DNA of 32,000 nucleotides from Candidatus Saccharimonadota bacterium (GCA_042852035.1 BAAFHK010000001.1:30001-62000); one strand, 5' to 3'. Shown: positions 11,564 through 23,284, counted from the stretch's first letter. Made by a program: numbers and translations. The notes: generated by a model from the letters alone, not told the origin.

Positions 11564-14500
11564 ATGTCTCACGTAATAGAAAGAACTGAACATCCTGAAG
11601 AATATGATCTCCTGGCGGACGAGGCAATCATCTCGGGTCTTTCCTCTGATTCTTTTCGGCAAAGACAGAGAGTCTGAGCACAAGTACATAAAACAATTTC
11701 ACGAGATCAACTCGGTGAAGTGAGTAAAAAATTATTTGAAGAAAGGCATGCCTTGTATGGATGGATTGAATACTGCCTCAGGAATAATCTCCCCATAGAT
11801 GAATCAGATGTGGAATCGGTCTTTCAGGAATATAGAAAAGATTATGTAGCCCGTAAACAAATCGCAGACTACTCATATGGAGATCGAGAGGATCAAGCCC
11901 TTGAGGAGGTTTCAATAATCTTTCAACGGTTACAAAACCTCTCGAGACTTCTTACACGAAATCCAGATTTGATACGACTTTCTGTTCTTACGCGAGCAAG
12001 GATAATGAGAGACACGAGCCAAGATATTGAAGCTACTATTTTACTTCTTGAATCCCACCCTGAGATTCTCGGTGTACACATAGAACTTATGGAGATTCTT
12101 GCTTGGGCGTATGAGCAAATTGGACAAGATGAGAAAGCATTTGATATCTATGAAGATCTCCAGTGCACTACCTGACAATTGAAATTTCTTGAGAAAGAAA
12201 TTGAAATTCTCTATAGACTTTGAAGGCCTCATGAGGCAGATCGTCGTTATGAATTTATGGCGAATGTGGAGGATCCAAAAATCCCGAAACTCAGACCAAA
12301 GGTATATTATCGCACAACAATCGAAGATACTTCTGATCTTGCAGAGCTTGATATTGCACTTGAAAGAGTTCTTATGGGCGATGTTTTCGATGAACAATCA
12401 AAAACAATTCTCAAGAATGCAGAGGAATATATTGAGAAAAGGCTGAAAGCGCTTTCAAAGAAGATTAAAAGTCTTTTTAAAAGGACAGGACAATTATATA
12501 ATCCAGATGCAGAGCCACTTCATCTTGAATTTCTCTATCTTTTAGAAATTTCTGCTTGTGTACTTTTTCTTGTTCCCGGGAAGAATAAGGATCAAATGCG
12601 CTGAATTCACCGCTATCTTTATGTCTTGTCTGATCATTATGATGACTATAGAAAAAATCCAGCATGATCAATGCTGAATGCATATTTTTCGGAATATAAC
12701 AGGGACTTTATTGCTCGTATTCGAAAGCTCCAATGTGAAGAAGCTCAAGATGAGGAGAATGAAGGGAAGTCGTGAGATACTATTATTCCAGAAGCTTACG
12801 CAGGTATACCATATCATCTCGCGGAGACTCTTGAATTTCTTTTCGATCGCACGGACAGTCCAACACATGAAAATCGAGCCATTCAGGATGATATTGAGGA
12901 GCTTCATGATAAAATCGCTGCCCATATAGTAGATATAGAACCGATTAATGAAGATGATTTTGAAGGATGTTCACAGATTATTCTCGTACGACTTGAGGTA
13001 CTCAATGAGGATGATCAAAGAATTTATGAATCATTAAAAAAATATGTCATATGAAAGTATGGAAGAACGGTATTTGAGTTGGTTTCATTTTATGCTCATA
13101 CCATAGATAATTTTTCTGAACTTGCCCTTGATGCTATACGTAAAGATCCAAATGTTCTTCTCTACTCGATACTTACCACACTTTTATGATGAGGTCACCA
13201 TTCCTATGATAGGCTTGCATATTTTGTGCTTGATCCTATCCTTGAAGCCCTTGATCCAAAAGATGCATATTTTCTTTCTACGATGCTTTTTCGAGAGGGT
13301 CATTATTCACTCCTGGCTGAATTTCTTCTCAATGATGCATATTTGCTCTGACGGCCTGAATTTCTAGAGCTATTTCTATTAGCACTTACTTACTGTAGTG
13401 ATCTAGAGGCTATGAAATTTCTCGATGACTGCGAATGAGAGATGCTTCCTGATAGGTATGATTTTAATACGATAGGGGCATTTATAGATGCATTGGAGCG
13501 AGACAATCGAGGGCGAAATCCGCGATCTCACTTGACTCATGCGAGATTTCTTTATTCGAGGCTCCAAGAGGAGAAAATTACTTTTGAGGCATTTTCCTTA
13601 GCTCCTATTCCTTCGGACATGAGACTTACTCGTGTGCAAGCATCTCAGTATTTTAGTATATTTCGCTCACTTCCATATCCAAAGTCAGAAGCAGAAAAAA
13701 TTGAACGAATCGCTTATCTTGAGAGTCTCTATCCTTTTATGTGATTTGAGAAGCGACCAGTAATTGAGGCTATATTTCTGCTTGCTGCGGAGTCACCATC
13801 CCAATATGAGACCATTCGGAAATATCTTCGTACAGCAGGACTTTTTGACGAAATATCACTTGGACTTTGGAAATACTTTCCTTGAGTACTCTGAACGGAG
13901 GAACAATTTCGACATACACTCGCTTCGCTCGCTTCAAATCCAAATATTTCATCTATTCCTGAAGAAGTTCTTTATAGGATACATAAACGTCCTATTGATA
14001 GACTTCATTCTGGTCATCTTCTTCAAAGACAATTCATTTTGCTACACTCACGAGGTTCTCTCAAGGAGGTTCTTGATGGGGGACGTTCTTATTTTGAGCT
14101 TCTTTGAAGAGTCCTAGCAATTCACTCAACATGAGGGCAAAATTGGAGTGAAAATTATGATCTCATATGTGAGCTTGTTCAACCAGAAGGCTATAGTGGA
14201 TTAAAAGGGCAAATAACTATCGATACTGAATTTGAATATCGTACAAAAATTGCGCATTTAATACTCGAACAATTTGATCGTATTCGCCAGCATGCTTTTG
14301 AACAATTTATGAGAGAGGCGAATATGGACGAGCAATCTACAGAGTCAGAAGATGAACCAGATTCGAATCTTTGGAGAGATACATTTACTTCGTGTGTTGC
14401 GATTTTCCGTGAATTTTGAATTGATATGTGATTTGGATCTAGGATTGAACGAATTATTGAGGATGATATCCGGATGCTTCTTTCGTGAGAGGTGCTTTCT

Positions 14501-14566
14501 GATATTTGGGAGGATCCAAAGGAAGAAAGAAAAATTGAATTTGAGCCAGGACGAGTCGTTCACTAG
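11564..14566 (+). CDS. giant hypothetical protein 2 (1000 aa), probably helical / TPR-like, function unknown
   Basis: ATG 11564 lies 5 nt after the upstream TAG. The frame was verified to TAG 14564..14566, joining track ORFs 11720..12175, 12257..12604 and 13442..13744. TPR-like helix pair ILAWAYEQIGQDEKAFDIYEDL. No other family signature. Confidence 0.75.
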
Positions 14567-15264
14567 AATTGTTCCCAGAAAATACTATTTTTTTCTATGC
14601 CAAGTGCTTCAAGTTTTCCTCGAGCACTTTTTACCATGGCTGGAGATCCACAGAGATAGTATTCTTCATAGTGAGAAATATTCTCCCTCGTTATCCAATC
14701 GGTTACATATCATGTCCGTGATTGGTGAACTTGGCTGGTATCTTCAAGGTTTTCCTCCCGAGAATAGTACTGAATATAGGTAAAAGCTTCAAAGTTTTTA
14801 CCAACTTTTTCTATGTCTTCACCATAAAAATAATCTTCGTGGTGGCGTACTCAGAATATAAATGCAACAGTGCTGGGTTTGTTTTTTGCTAGACTTGAGG
14901 CAAGCATCTGGCAGTATACGGGAGCAAATCCTGTACCAGTTCCAATAAAACATTTACTCCGAGGAGTATCCCTAAGAAGAAAGTGTCCAAGTGGAATTAT
15001 TGCGTGAAAGACGGTCCCAATTTCAGCATCACAGATAATTGGACTTCCTCTTCACTCAGGAATTCTTTTAATAATAAGCGTAAAGTCAGTCTCACGAATT
15101 ATAGCTATTGAATATGCACGGTTTAACCCTGGAGCAAGTTGGAACATTACATAGTGTCACGGTTTTGGAGATTCTTGTATCATTTCCGCACAATAATAAG
15201 TGAGTTCAAATACGTCATGGGTAAGTTGTTTTTTTGCAGTGAGTGTTATAGTCGTGCGCAACAT
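14563..15264 (-). CDS. FNR-type FAD/NAD(P)-binding oxidoreductase (233 aa)
   Basis: Not in the ORF track because of 4 in-frame TGAs. Manual translation gives the RAYSIA (RxYS FAD motif), GTGTGFAP (NAD(P) motif) and CGSPAMV C-terminal motifs. ATG 15264, TAG 14563..14565. The frame was checked for TAA/TAG. Confidence 0.7.
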
Positions 15265-15357
15265 AGGCGGGTAGTTTGGAGCTTGGGTAGGTATGAAAAA
15301 ATCCCTCGTATTATGGAGAGATTTTTTAATTTTACAAGATTCAAAAATATATTTATC

Positions 15358-15624
15358 TTATGCTACTTTTTGCTCTGATGCAGTATCATTTGCAGCAATA
15401 TTTGAAGTTCAGACATGTCAAAGCACTCCGTGAACCTGCTCATTTTTTTGTAATCATGTTTGGACTACTTGGGAAGGTGTCTGATTCAATATGCTATCAA
15501 TATTTACACGAGTACTTCCAATACCTACGATTCAAAGAACTCCCAACAATGTCTCACGAAGAGGTCCAATTTGGTTAGCTCGTTGTGCAAGATTCATGTA
15601 TGCGATATTTTCAGAAGTAGACAT
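15358..15624 (-). CDS. small hypothetical protein (88 aa) downstream of recA
   Basis: ATG 15624, TAA 15358..15360, 4 in-frame TGAs, Gly/Val-rich core LLGVLGIVGIG. No family recognised. Confidence 0.4.
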
Positions 15625-15670
15625 AAAAAATCTATACCATAATTATAGCATAGATTCAATCCTTTGCAAA

Positions 15671-16660
15671 CTATTTTGCCTTTCGTACTTCTTTTTCCAT
15701 CTCTTTGAGAAGTTTCTCATTCTGTTTTAGAAAGTCACGAGCATTTTCTCTACCCTGTCAGAGGCGCGTTTCACCATAGGAGTAGAATGATCCAGATTTT
15801 TTTATGATACCCCGTTCAGTACCGATATCGAGCACTTCTCATGCCCGAGAAATCCCTTCATTAAAGAGCACATCGATTTCAACTTCTCGGAATGGAGGTG
15901 CAACCTTATTCTTTACTACCTTCACCTTCACGCGATTTCCAGTTGCTTCTTTATCATCTCAGGTACCACTTTCAAGTTTTTCTTTACGGCGGATTTCCAG
16001 TCGCTGTGATGCATAGAACTTAAGTGCATTTCCTCCAGTAGTGGTTTCTGGGTTTCCAAACATTACTCCAATCTTCATGCGGATCTGGTTAATAAAGATG
16101 ACCGTACTATTGGATTTATTGATTACGCCGGTTACTTTACGAAGTGCTTGACTCATGAGACGAGCCTGAAGACCCATAAATGAATCTCCCATATTTCCTT
16201 CAATTTCAGCTTTCGGAGTGAGGGCAGCTACGGAATCAACAACGATGAGATCAACTGCTCCAGAACGTACGAGAGCATCGACAATTTCTAAGGCTTGCTC
16301 ACCATAGTCAGGCTGAGAGACGATAAGATTATCGATATCTACTCCAATCTTGCGCGCGTATTCTGGATCAAGGGCATGTTCAGCATCTACGAAAGCAGCA
16401 GTACCTCCGGCACGTTGAACTTCGGCGATAGCATGAAGCGTGAGTGTTGTTTTACCAGAAGATTCAGGTCCAAAGATTTCGATGATGCGACCTTTTGCAT
16501 ATCCGCCACCGAGTGCCTCATCGAGGGCGATTGATCCAGAACTGGAAGTTTCGACCTTCATGTGAGTTTTTTCACCGAGTTTCATTACGGATCCAGCACC
16601 AAATTGTTTTTCTATCATCGAGAGTGCTGCATTAAGAGCATCTTTTTTATTATCAGTCAT
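15671..16660 (-). CDS. recA: recombinase RecA (329 aa)
   Basis: Track ORF 15959..16660 carries GPESSGKTT (Walker A) and IVVDSVAAL. Read-through of TGA 15959..15961 continues with [12 protein letters not shown]...GETRL-G-QGRENA to TAG 15671..15673. Confidence 0.97.
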
Positions 16661-16837
16661 AAGAGAGGGGTAAAAAATGGAAAGTAAATTTAGAGAGCAA
16701 AATAGTATGAGAGTCTTGAGAGAAGACTATTTCCTTTTCTTCTTTTAATGTTTTCTCTTTTCTCAAGAAGATAGGTGCTATGTTGTTTTTTTGTTGTTCC
16801 GATAAGAGTGAGCATACTAAGAATTATTACAAAAATA

Positions 16838-17464
16838 TTAATTAAAGAGGGTTCCTGGAAATGAACGAATAAATATTCATTGTACCATTATGTTTCCATC
16901 AGATTCATCAAGAATAATTGGTTTGTGAAGGGGATTGGTTGAATGAGGAATGAGGTATACGCAATTTTCGATTTGTCGATATTCCTTAAGGGTAGCTTCA
17001 TCATTAATCAGTGCGACGACAATTTTTCCGTTTTCAGGAATATTCGTCTTTCGTATAAGTACCAGATCACCATCTTCTACTCATTTCTTGTTCATCGAGT
17101 CTCATTCAGCCCTGAGGAAGAAGTATTCATCTCAAGAAGAGAGAAGTTTTGTTGATATAGGAATCTTGGTTTCGATATTTTCTTCTGCGAATATCGGCAT
17201 TCCACAGGCTATAGCACCGACGAGAGGGATTCATCGAACCTCATAGCTATCAGTACTATACTGAGGAGAGATTTTGATTTCATCTCTTGTATCTCGGTAG
17301 ATCCAACCTTTTTCCATAATTTGATCGAGAAGGACTGATATCGAACGAGGAGAAGCATATCCCAGAGCACTCTGGAGTGCTCGTATAGTGATTTTTTCTC
17401 CATTCGAGAGATATTCTCTTACTTTTTGGAAAACAAGTTGTTCTTTGTTGGTAAGTTTTTCCAT
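16838..17464 (-). CDS. lexA: LexA repressor (208 aa)
   Basis: N-terminal winged-helix region (LTNKEQLVFQKV...ASPRSISVLLDQIMEKGWI). VGAIACGMPIFAEE cleavage region. AE-G-DSM serine-protease motif with TGA 17102..17104 as the Gly. ATLKEY catalytic Lys. ATG 17464, TAA 16838..16840. The frame was checked. Confidence 0.9.
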
Positions 17465-17483
17465 AAGAAATAATAATACATAC

Positions 17484-17525
17484 AATGTATACAAAAGAGT
17501 ATATTTGTATACATTTTGAATGCAA
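17484..17525 (-). promoter_or_regulatory. lexA promoter with inverted 12-mer operator candidates
   Basis: Minus strand: TTGCAT (plus 17520..17525), 16-nt spacer, TATACT (plus 17498..17503). AATGTATACAAA at 17484..17495 and its reverse complement TTTGTATACATT at 17504..17515 each contain the palindrome TGTATACA. One lies in the spacer, the other just downstream of the -10 box. Confidence 0.45.
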
Positions 17526-17528
17526 ATT

Positions 17529-17555
17529 AAAAACTCTCGACAAAGAGAGTTTTTT
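17529..17555. terminator. hairpin terminator between the Zn-ribbon ORF and lexA
   Basis: Stem aaaaactctc / gagagttttt, loop gacaaa, with A/T runs on both sides. Confidence 0.55.
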
Positions 17556-17572
17556 AGAGAATGCTATAATTA

Positions 17573-17830
17573 TTATTTTTTTCTTTCGTAATGTTCTTTG
17601 AGTCCTTCTATGGTTCCAATGGCAATACGTTTTCCATGGCATATGGGGCATTCATAGAGGTATTCTTTCATTTTCTTTCCGATTTTTTGTGGTTCGAGCT
17701 TGATGGCTTCGACTTGCTTCCAACAGTCACGACAAAAAAATCCGACATCACCACGCTCAGGATTGAAGGTGTCTTCACGTTTTTTTCCAAAAGAGGGAAC
17801 ATTGACGAGGTCATTATAGGAGGTAGTCAT
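17573..17830 (-). CDS. small zinc-ribbon protein (85 aa)
   Basis: ATG 17830 (MTTSYNDL) lies within track ORF 17573..17863, whose first codon is TTG. Two CxxC pairs (CRDC, CPIC). TAA 17573..17575. No internal TGA. Confidence 0.55.
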   Translation of the reverse strand: MTTSYNDLVNVPSFGKKREDTFNPERGDVGFFCRDCWKQVEAIKLEPQKIGKKMKEYLYECPICHGKRIAIGTIEGLKEHYERKK

Positions 17831-17907
17831 GCTTCTAGTATAAAGAATTATGAGAGATTGCAAGATTTGTTCCTGGCAATGACAGGAGCGAAATAGAGTA
17901 TATTTTC

Positions 17908-18996
17908 CTACTCAAAAATCCCTTCAAAGAATCATTTTTCCATCTTTTTTCCACTCTCGAGCTCAAGAAGGGCTGTGTAGAGTTTTTTTTCTTCACTTGA
18001 GAGTTTTGTCGGAATATCAATCTCATAGTGGATGATAAGGTCTCACTTCATTCCTCTTCGATCAAGGCGAGGAAATCACTCATCTCGGAATTTGAGAGTT
18101 TCACCAGAAGAGGTTCCGTGTTTGATTTCGAGCGCACGTTTTCAGAGAATAGGAATCTCGATATCAAGCCTTCCACCAAGTACTGCGAGAGCTGGGGAGA
18201 GTTTTACTATATAGTGGAGATTTGCTCAGTCTCGCTCGAGTCACCCCTCTCGGTCGGGGACATCGAAGGTAATATAGAGGTCACCATTACCATCTCTTCC
18301 TCCATGTCATTCATCTCGGAGTTTTATGCTCATTCCATTTTCTATACCAGCAGGGATATCAATATCTTTTTTAATAGATACATCTTCGTATTTTTTTCCG
18401 TGACAGACACTACATTTTTCTATGATTTGTTTTCCAGTTCCGTGACATACTCCACAGTTTCGAGTTTGTTCCATTGTACCGAAAACGGTTTGTACTCGTT
18501 CACGTACTCGCCCATTTCCTCCACAACTTTCGCAGGTTTTTGTGGTTCCACCATATCCTTGGCATGATCCACATAAGGTTCGGCGTTTAAATTCAACTTT
18601 TCGAGTATTTCCCTTGATAGCATCTTCAAGTGAGATATTCATCCGAATCTCGATATCTTCACCGATATCTGCATGTTTTCTTCAAGCATTTGAAAATCCT
18701 CCACCAAAGAATTGGGAAAAAATATCTCCGAGATCTGAAGCATCAAAACCTCATTGAAATCATCAAAATCCCCCCATTCATTCCGTAGTGCCGAATCGAT
18801 CATAATGAGCTTTTTTCTGCTCATCAGAAAGAGTAGCGTACGCTTCGTTTACTTTTTTAAATTGAGCCTCTTTTTCCTTATCTCAACCATGACGATCGGG
18901 ATGAAGCTCCATTGCCTTTTTCTTATAGGCACGTTTGATTTCATCTGCAGTTGCTGTACGCTCGATTTCGAGGATAGAATAGTATTCGTATTGCAT
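17908..18996 (-). CDS. dnaJ: molecular chaperone DnaJ (362 aa)
   Basis: J-domain [31 protein letters not shown]. The G/F region has four TGAs at 18751, 18760, 18763 and 18778. Four CxxCxGxG zinc-finger repeats lie in track ORF 18307..18642. The C-terminal domain was verified to TAG 17908..17910. Confidence 0.95.
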
Positions 18997-19099
18997 TATA
19001 AAAAATTTCTAGGAAAAAATATGTCACTTCAATCTGGTGAGATTCTAGATTAAAATAGATTTCTCACTTTGGCTGAAATGACAAAAAAGGGAATAAGAA

Positions 19100-19414
19100 T
19101 TATGCATGTTTCATTATGGCAGCCTCAAGTGTTGCAATATCTTGAACTCCAACAAATTTTTCAACGGCTTGACCATCTTTAAAAATAATAATGGTAGGTA
19201 TACTCATGATACGAAACTGTCCAGGAGTATTTGGTTCATTATCAACATCGTGCTTCATAACTTTTGCCTTTCATTCAACTTTGCTTGCAAGTTCTTCGAG
19301 ACGGGGAAGCATAATCTGACATGGTCCACACCACTCAGCCCAGAAGTCGACAAGGGTAATTCAAGAGGCAATATTGGTAGCGAAATCTGCATCGGTAGAA
19401 ATTTGAGGTGACAT
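19100..19414 (-). CDS. trxA: thioredoxin (104 aa)
   Basis: Manual translation gives LVDFWAEWCGPCQ (WCGPC active site) and MSIPTIIIFKDG. Two in-frame TGAs hide it from the ORF track. ATG 19414, TAA 19100..19102. Confidence 0.93.
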
Positions 19415-19505
19415 AAGCAAAATAATTACAAGGTATATGAATGAAACATTTACTGATAAAACATTTCTCGTCGAATATTATAGAAAATTCCTGTATAATT
19501 GCAAG

Positions 19506-19536
19506 ATAAGTAATGAGAATAATTCTCATTACTTAT
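19506..19536 (-). terminator. long perfect hairpin downstream of the methyltransferase gene
   Basis: ataagtaatgagaat / attctcattacttat are 15-nt inverted arms around one central base. No strong U-run, so terminator function is uncertain. Confidence 0.3.
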
Positions 19537-19554
19537 ACTGATTTTTATCTATCT

Positions 19555-20130
19555 TTATAGCTTTAAGGGTGCTATATTTTTTCTTTCAAGAATCATGATG
19601 CTATCATCAATATCGGTTTTCTCGAGCTTGTAGGGGATGGTATTGATTTCTAGGTAGGAGTAGAGATTTTCCATCTTATCGCGAAATTTCTCAACATCAT
19701 CAATAACGATAATTGCATCCTCTGTTAGTTTTCGAAGAGAGAGGAGGAGATAGTCGAGATATTCTCGCTTCATGGCATCGATATAGAGGAAATCAAAGTA
19801 TGCATCTGCGAGAGTGGGTATGATGGCTTTTGCATCTCACCATAGGGCATAAATATTTTTACTTTTACAATTCTTGAAGTGCTCTACTGCCTCAACGTGA
19901 GCATTCCAAGCATACTCGATAGTAGTAATAGTGCTACTATCTGCAACTGCTTGGGAAAATTGAAGTGCTGAATACCCGTTGGCGGTTCCGATTTCAAGAA
20001 GATGCTTTGGGGCCTTTTCTCGGATAAGATCTTTTATAAATTCGGCATTTTCCTCACTGATATTTGGAATTTTTCTCTCTATTCCATTCTGTTTGAGTTT
20101 TTTAAGATATGTTTGCAAAAATTGAGTCAT
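19555..20130 (-). CDS. class I SAM-dependent O-methyltransferase, family 3 (YrrM/TrmR-like) (191 aa)
   Basis: Track ORFs 19837..20130 and 19555..19773 are in the same frame and join through TGA 19837..19839. LLEIGTANGYSAL (SAM motif I) and FDFLYIDAMKREY are typical of family-3 O-methyltransferases. TAA 19555..19557. Confidence 0.8.
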
Positions 20131-20166
20131 AGAAAAAGCATAGAGAGAAATCTTGCGAAATCAATG

Positions 20167-23100
20167 CTACTTTCAACGAATTTCACCAATATTAATGACG
20201 TCACTCGTAAGCATTCTTAACCAATTTTTATAATCTTCGGATGCTATATAATTGAGGAGATCTTCTTTTGTAATTGTTTTCGGACGTTGATAGAGAATTG
20301 GGATTTTTGCTCCTTCGGCCTCCTCTATAAATCTCTGAAAGAGGGAAATATCACTTTCTGGAAGTTTTACTTCAAGTCATTTTCCGGCATGTCCGTCTGG
20401 GCCAGCTACAGCAAGCATAAACTGTTCCTGTGTTGCGGTATCGAGATTTCTCCAAAACGTGAGAAAAAATGACTGCATTCTATTTGAAAATGGGGAAAGT
20501 CAGAGAAAACTTTCATTTTTTACAGTTGCTACCATGCGTCTTATAAAGTACTTTTGGGATCTTTTGTGAGATTGTAGTATTGCATAAGTAGCACTGTAGG
20601 GATGGCTTCGCCTTTTTCCTTTCCATCATGCCTCTATTACACGAGCCTGTTCATCATCGATACAGGTTAATCTTTCATCAGTAAGGACAATATCGTCCGT
20701 TTCTTCAAGTTTATGAAACTCAAGTATTCCTCGAGCAGTATGAATTTCTGGTATAATAACGCCACTTTTTATATCGGAGACATATCATTTTGAGATTTTG
20801 AGCCCACCATTTTTTACTCGTACTACCGCCTTATCGATGAGTGATTTCTCCGATGGACTAAGAGGTATTTTTCCAGTATTTTCTCTCTTATATGTTCCTG
20901 CTATCATGGCTTCAATTTGAGCAAAGCTATATCATTTCTTTCAGCCTTTCAGTTTCTCTTTTAGGACTTGTTCTTCATAAACGAGTCTTCCCATAAGCGC
21001 AATCAAAAGATAGGCATCTGTGGTAATTTGCCCGAGCGCTCTATCGAGGGAAGCACTCTCTATTTCCTGATTTCTTGAGAGTACAAAATATGGAACATCT
21101 TCTTTTCGAGATGCCTTATATACTATGTTTGGTCAATCTTCTTTTCTGCATACCAATTCGAGATTATAATTTTTCCCACGCGTACTCCAATCATCGACGA
21201 GGTTAATTTCTATTCAATATGAAGAAAAAACTGATTGGAGTGCTGAGAATTTTCCAGGGTGGAGTGGACTTTTAAATATATCGCCCCCATATCGATCCTG
21301 AATACGAGATGTAAAAAGAAGATCGCTTACCTCAATAGTTTCCTCAGATGCAGAGGATGTTTTTTCTTCTATAAGTGCAGAAAGTACTTGTTTTACTCGG
21401 GAGTGGAGTCATTCAAGTTGATTTAGGAGGGTGCTTTCTCGAAGTTCTTTCATCGCTGAAATAAATGGTGGAAGCGCTGGAAGCAGTTCTTTTTCAATCT
21501 CGGCAAGCTCTATTCAGCTTGTATTATCCGCACTGAGATGGATAGAGTTCTCGGCGATATTAATAGAGAAACGAATGAGTGGTTCTACCATGAAAATTCA
21601 CAGAATATATCCTGAAAAAGCTCATCCAAAAGAAATAATGCTCCCGTCTCACTTCTTTTCCATGATTTCCATAATCTCAAGTGCAACATCAAGAGTTCTG
21701 TCAGGAATACTGTCTGTTCATGTTTGTAATGAAATTGCCTCAGTGGGAAGGGTGATTTCCTCAACCTGAGTTCGTATATGATCACTGTGTCTGGCTACTC
21801 ATGCTCAGGTCGATCCAGCTAGTGAGTGGATATCTGGGTTTCGGAAGTGTTTTCACTCTCATCATTCAGTTCCAGTAGTTGCTGGTTTTGGATTTCTTGG
21901 TGTTACAGTGATGCGTGTTTGCGGAAAATCGTCTCATTCAATCGTTGATGGTGTGGATTGTGTATCTCAAAAAACAAAAATAAACTCGGTTTTTTCAGTA
22001 ATTTTTTCTATTTTTATCAGCTCGCCCCGAGCATACTTTTCCCATCCGACTCATGGTCCTCCCCAAATCCAGAGAAGAGCACCTTCGGGAAGGTTTGTTG
22101 CTGTGAGTTCTGTAATTCTCTCAAAGCTATTTCCTCATGAGAGAATATTTTGAAATCCACCATAAATTCCTGGAGAAGGAAATCATTTTGCTATTTCTGG
22201 TGATTTTTTAATTGCAGATACACTCGGTAACTCAGGCCCTGAATGAGATGGTCGTAGAGCGGGGGGAGTTTTTCTAATGCGGGAAGGAGGAGTTTTCTTT
22301 ACAGGAACAGATACGCCTTTTAATTGTGGAACAGATGCTTCGATTTGCAGTTTCTCAAGATACTTCCATCCTTCTTCCCAGCCACACCTTTCGTGCATAT
22401 TCACAAGGAAAAAATCCTTATGTTTCCGCAAAAAGGCTTCCATGACTTTCTTATAGGGAGGATGGGTTTGAATTGGTCCAAAAAGCACATACTGCTCCTC
22501 TAAATAGGAAATATCACTTGCTGGTGCAGGGACTCATACCTTTGGTTCGATATCTCAGAGCGAAGAAAATACTGGTGGGATATTTTTTTGGTCGATGACT
22601 CGGGAGTTGTGTATTTTTTTTGCGGTATCTCCGTCATAGCCTATCGCATATAGGTAGTGTTTTCCTCCTTCTTTGTATCCCGTAAATGAACCCCAAGCAT
22701 TCATGGCTTCTTTTGAAACTTTCTCAAGAGCATTTCCTCTATTATTCGGATCATATTCACTTACGGTTGGAATTCTCGCAAAACATCGATGATTCACTCA
22801 GAGTTTCTTCCACATGAAAAGAAGTCAAAACATGTAGAGGAATCGGTCTTTGTGTTCAGGTCCCATGTAGTATGGGGCAATAAAAATAGTTCAAGAATGA
22901 ATGTCAGCCTCTTGAAAGCTTGTATCGAAAAATTCTTTGATGGCTTCTATTCGTTTTCTTGCATCAACTTCTTGAACTTTTTCATTGATTCCCTCATCTT
23001 CGGGAAGGTCTGTATTTTTCACTCACTGCGTCATGAAGAGGAGGGTTTCATATGCAATACGGTTCGATTTGAGTGAGTTCAGTACGTTGAGTCACGATAG

Positions 23101-23259
23101 CATTCTTTGTTTTATGCCCATAAGAGCTTCTTCTCATATTCAGAGGAGTTGTGCTCGTTCGATTTGCTCAGGATTGAGTGGGAAATATTTTCATAGTCCC
23201 TCTGCTGATCAGAGGGAAGAAGTCGGGGCTTCAGGATGTCACAGAGTGTCTATTCACAT
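20167..23259 (-). CDS. giant hypothetical protein 3 (1030 aa), function unknown
   Basis: The minus frame was verified line by line from ATG 23259 to TAG 20167..20169 with no TAA/TAG. It joins track ORFs 22555..22797 and 22183..22488 across dozens of TGAs. Pro/Lys-rich linker VPVKKTPPSRIRKTPPALRPS. No family recognised. Confidence 0.75.
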
Positions 23260-23284
23260 ATATCCCTTCTATTATAGAGGAAAT

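Noticed and set aside
15358-15624. The ORF downstream of recA as recX.
   Set aside because: At 88 aa it is too short. It is Gly/Val-rich with no helical-repeat character like RecX.
16700-16830. A small minus-strand ORF (about 41 aa, MLTLIGTTKKQ...) between lexA and recA.
   Set aside because: It is too short, has no supporting motif, and overlaps the likely recA promoter and lexA terminator region.
18028-18567. 179-aa plus-strand track ORF.
   Set aside because: It is antisense to the unambiguous dnaJ gene. It is Ser/Phe-rich with no start context, which is typical of shadow ORFs.
21585-21785. 66-aa minus-strand track ORF inside giant ORF 3.
   Set aside because: It is in a different frame from the continuous table-25 frame that links 22797 to 20167. 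It is long only because it happens to lack TGA.
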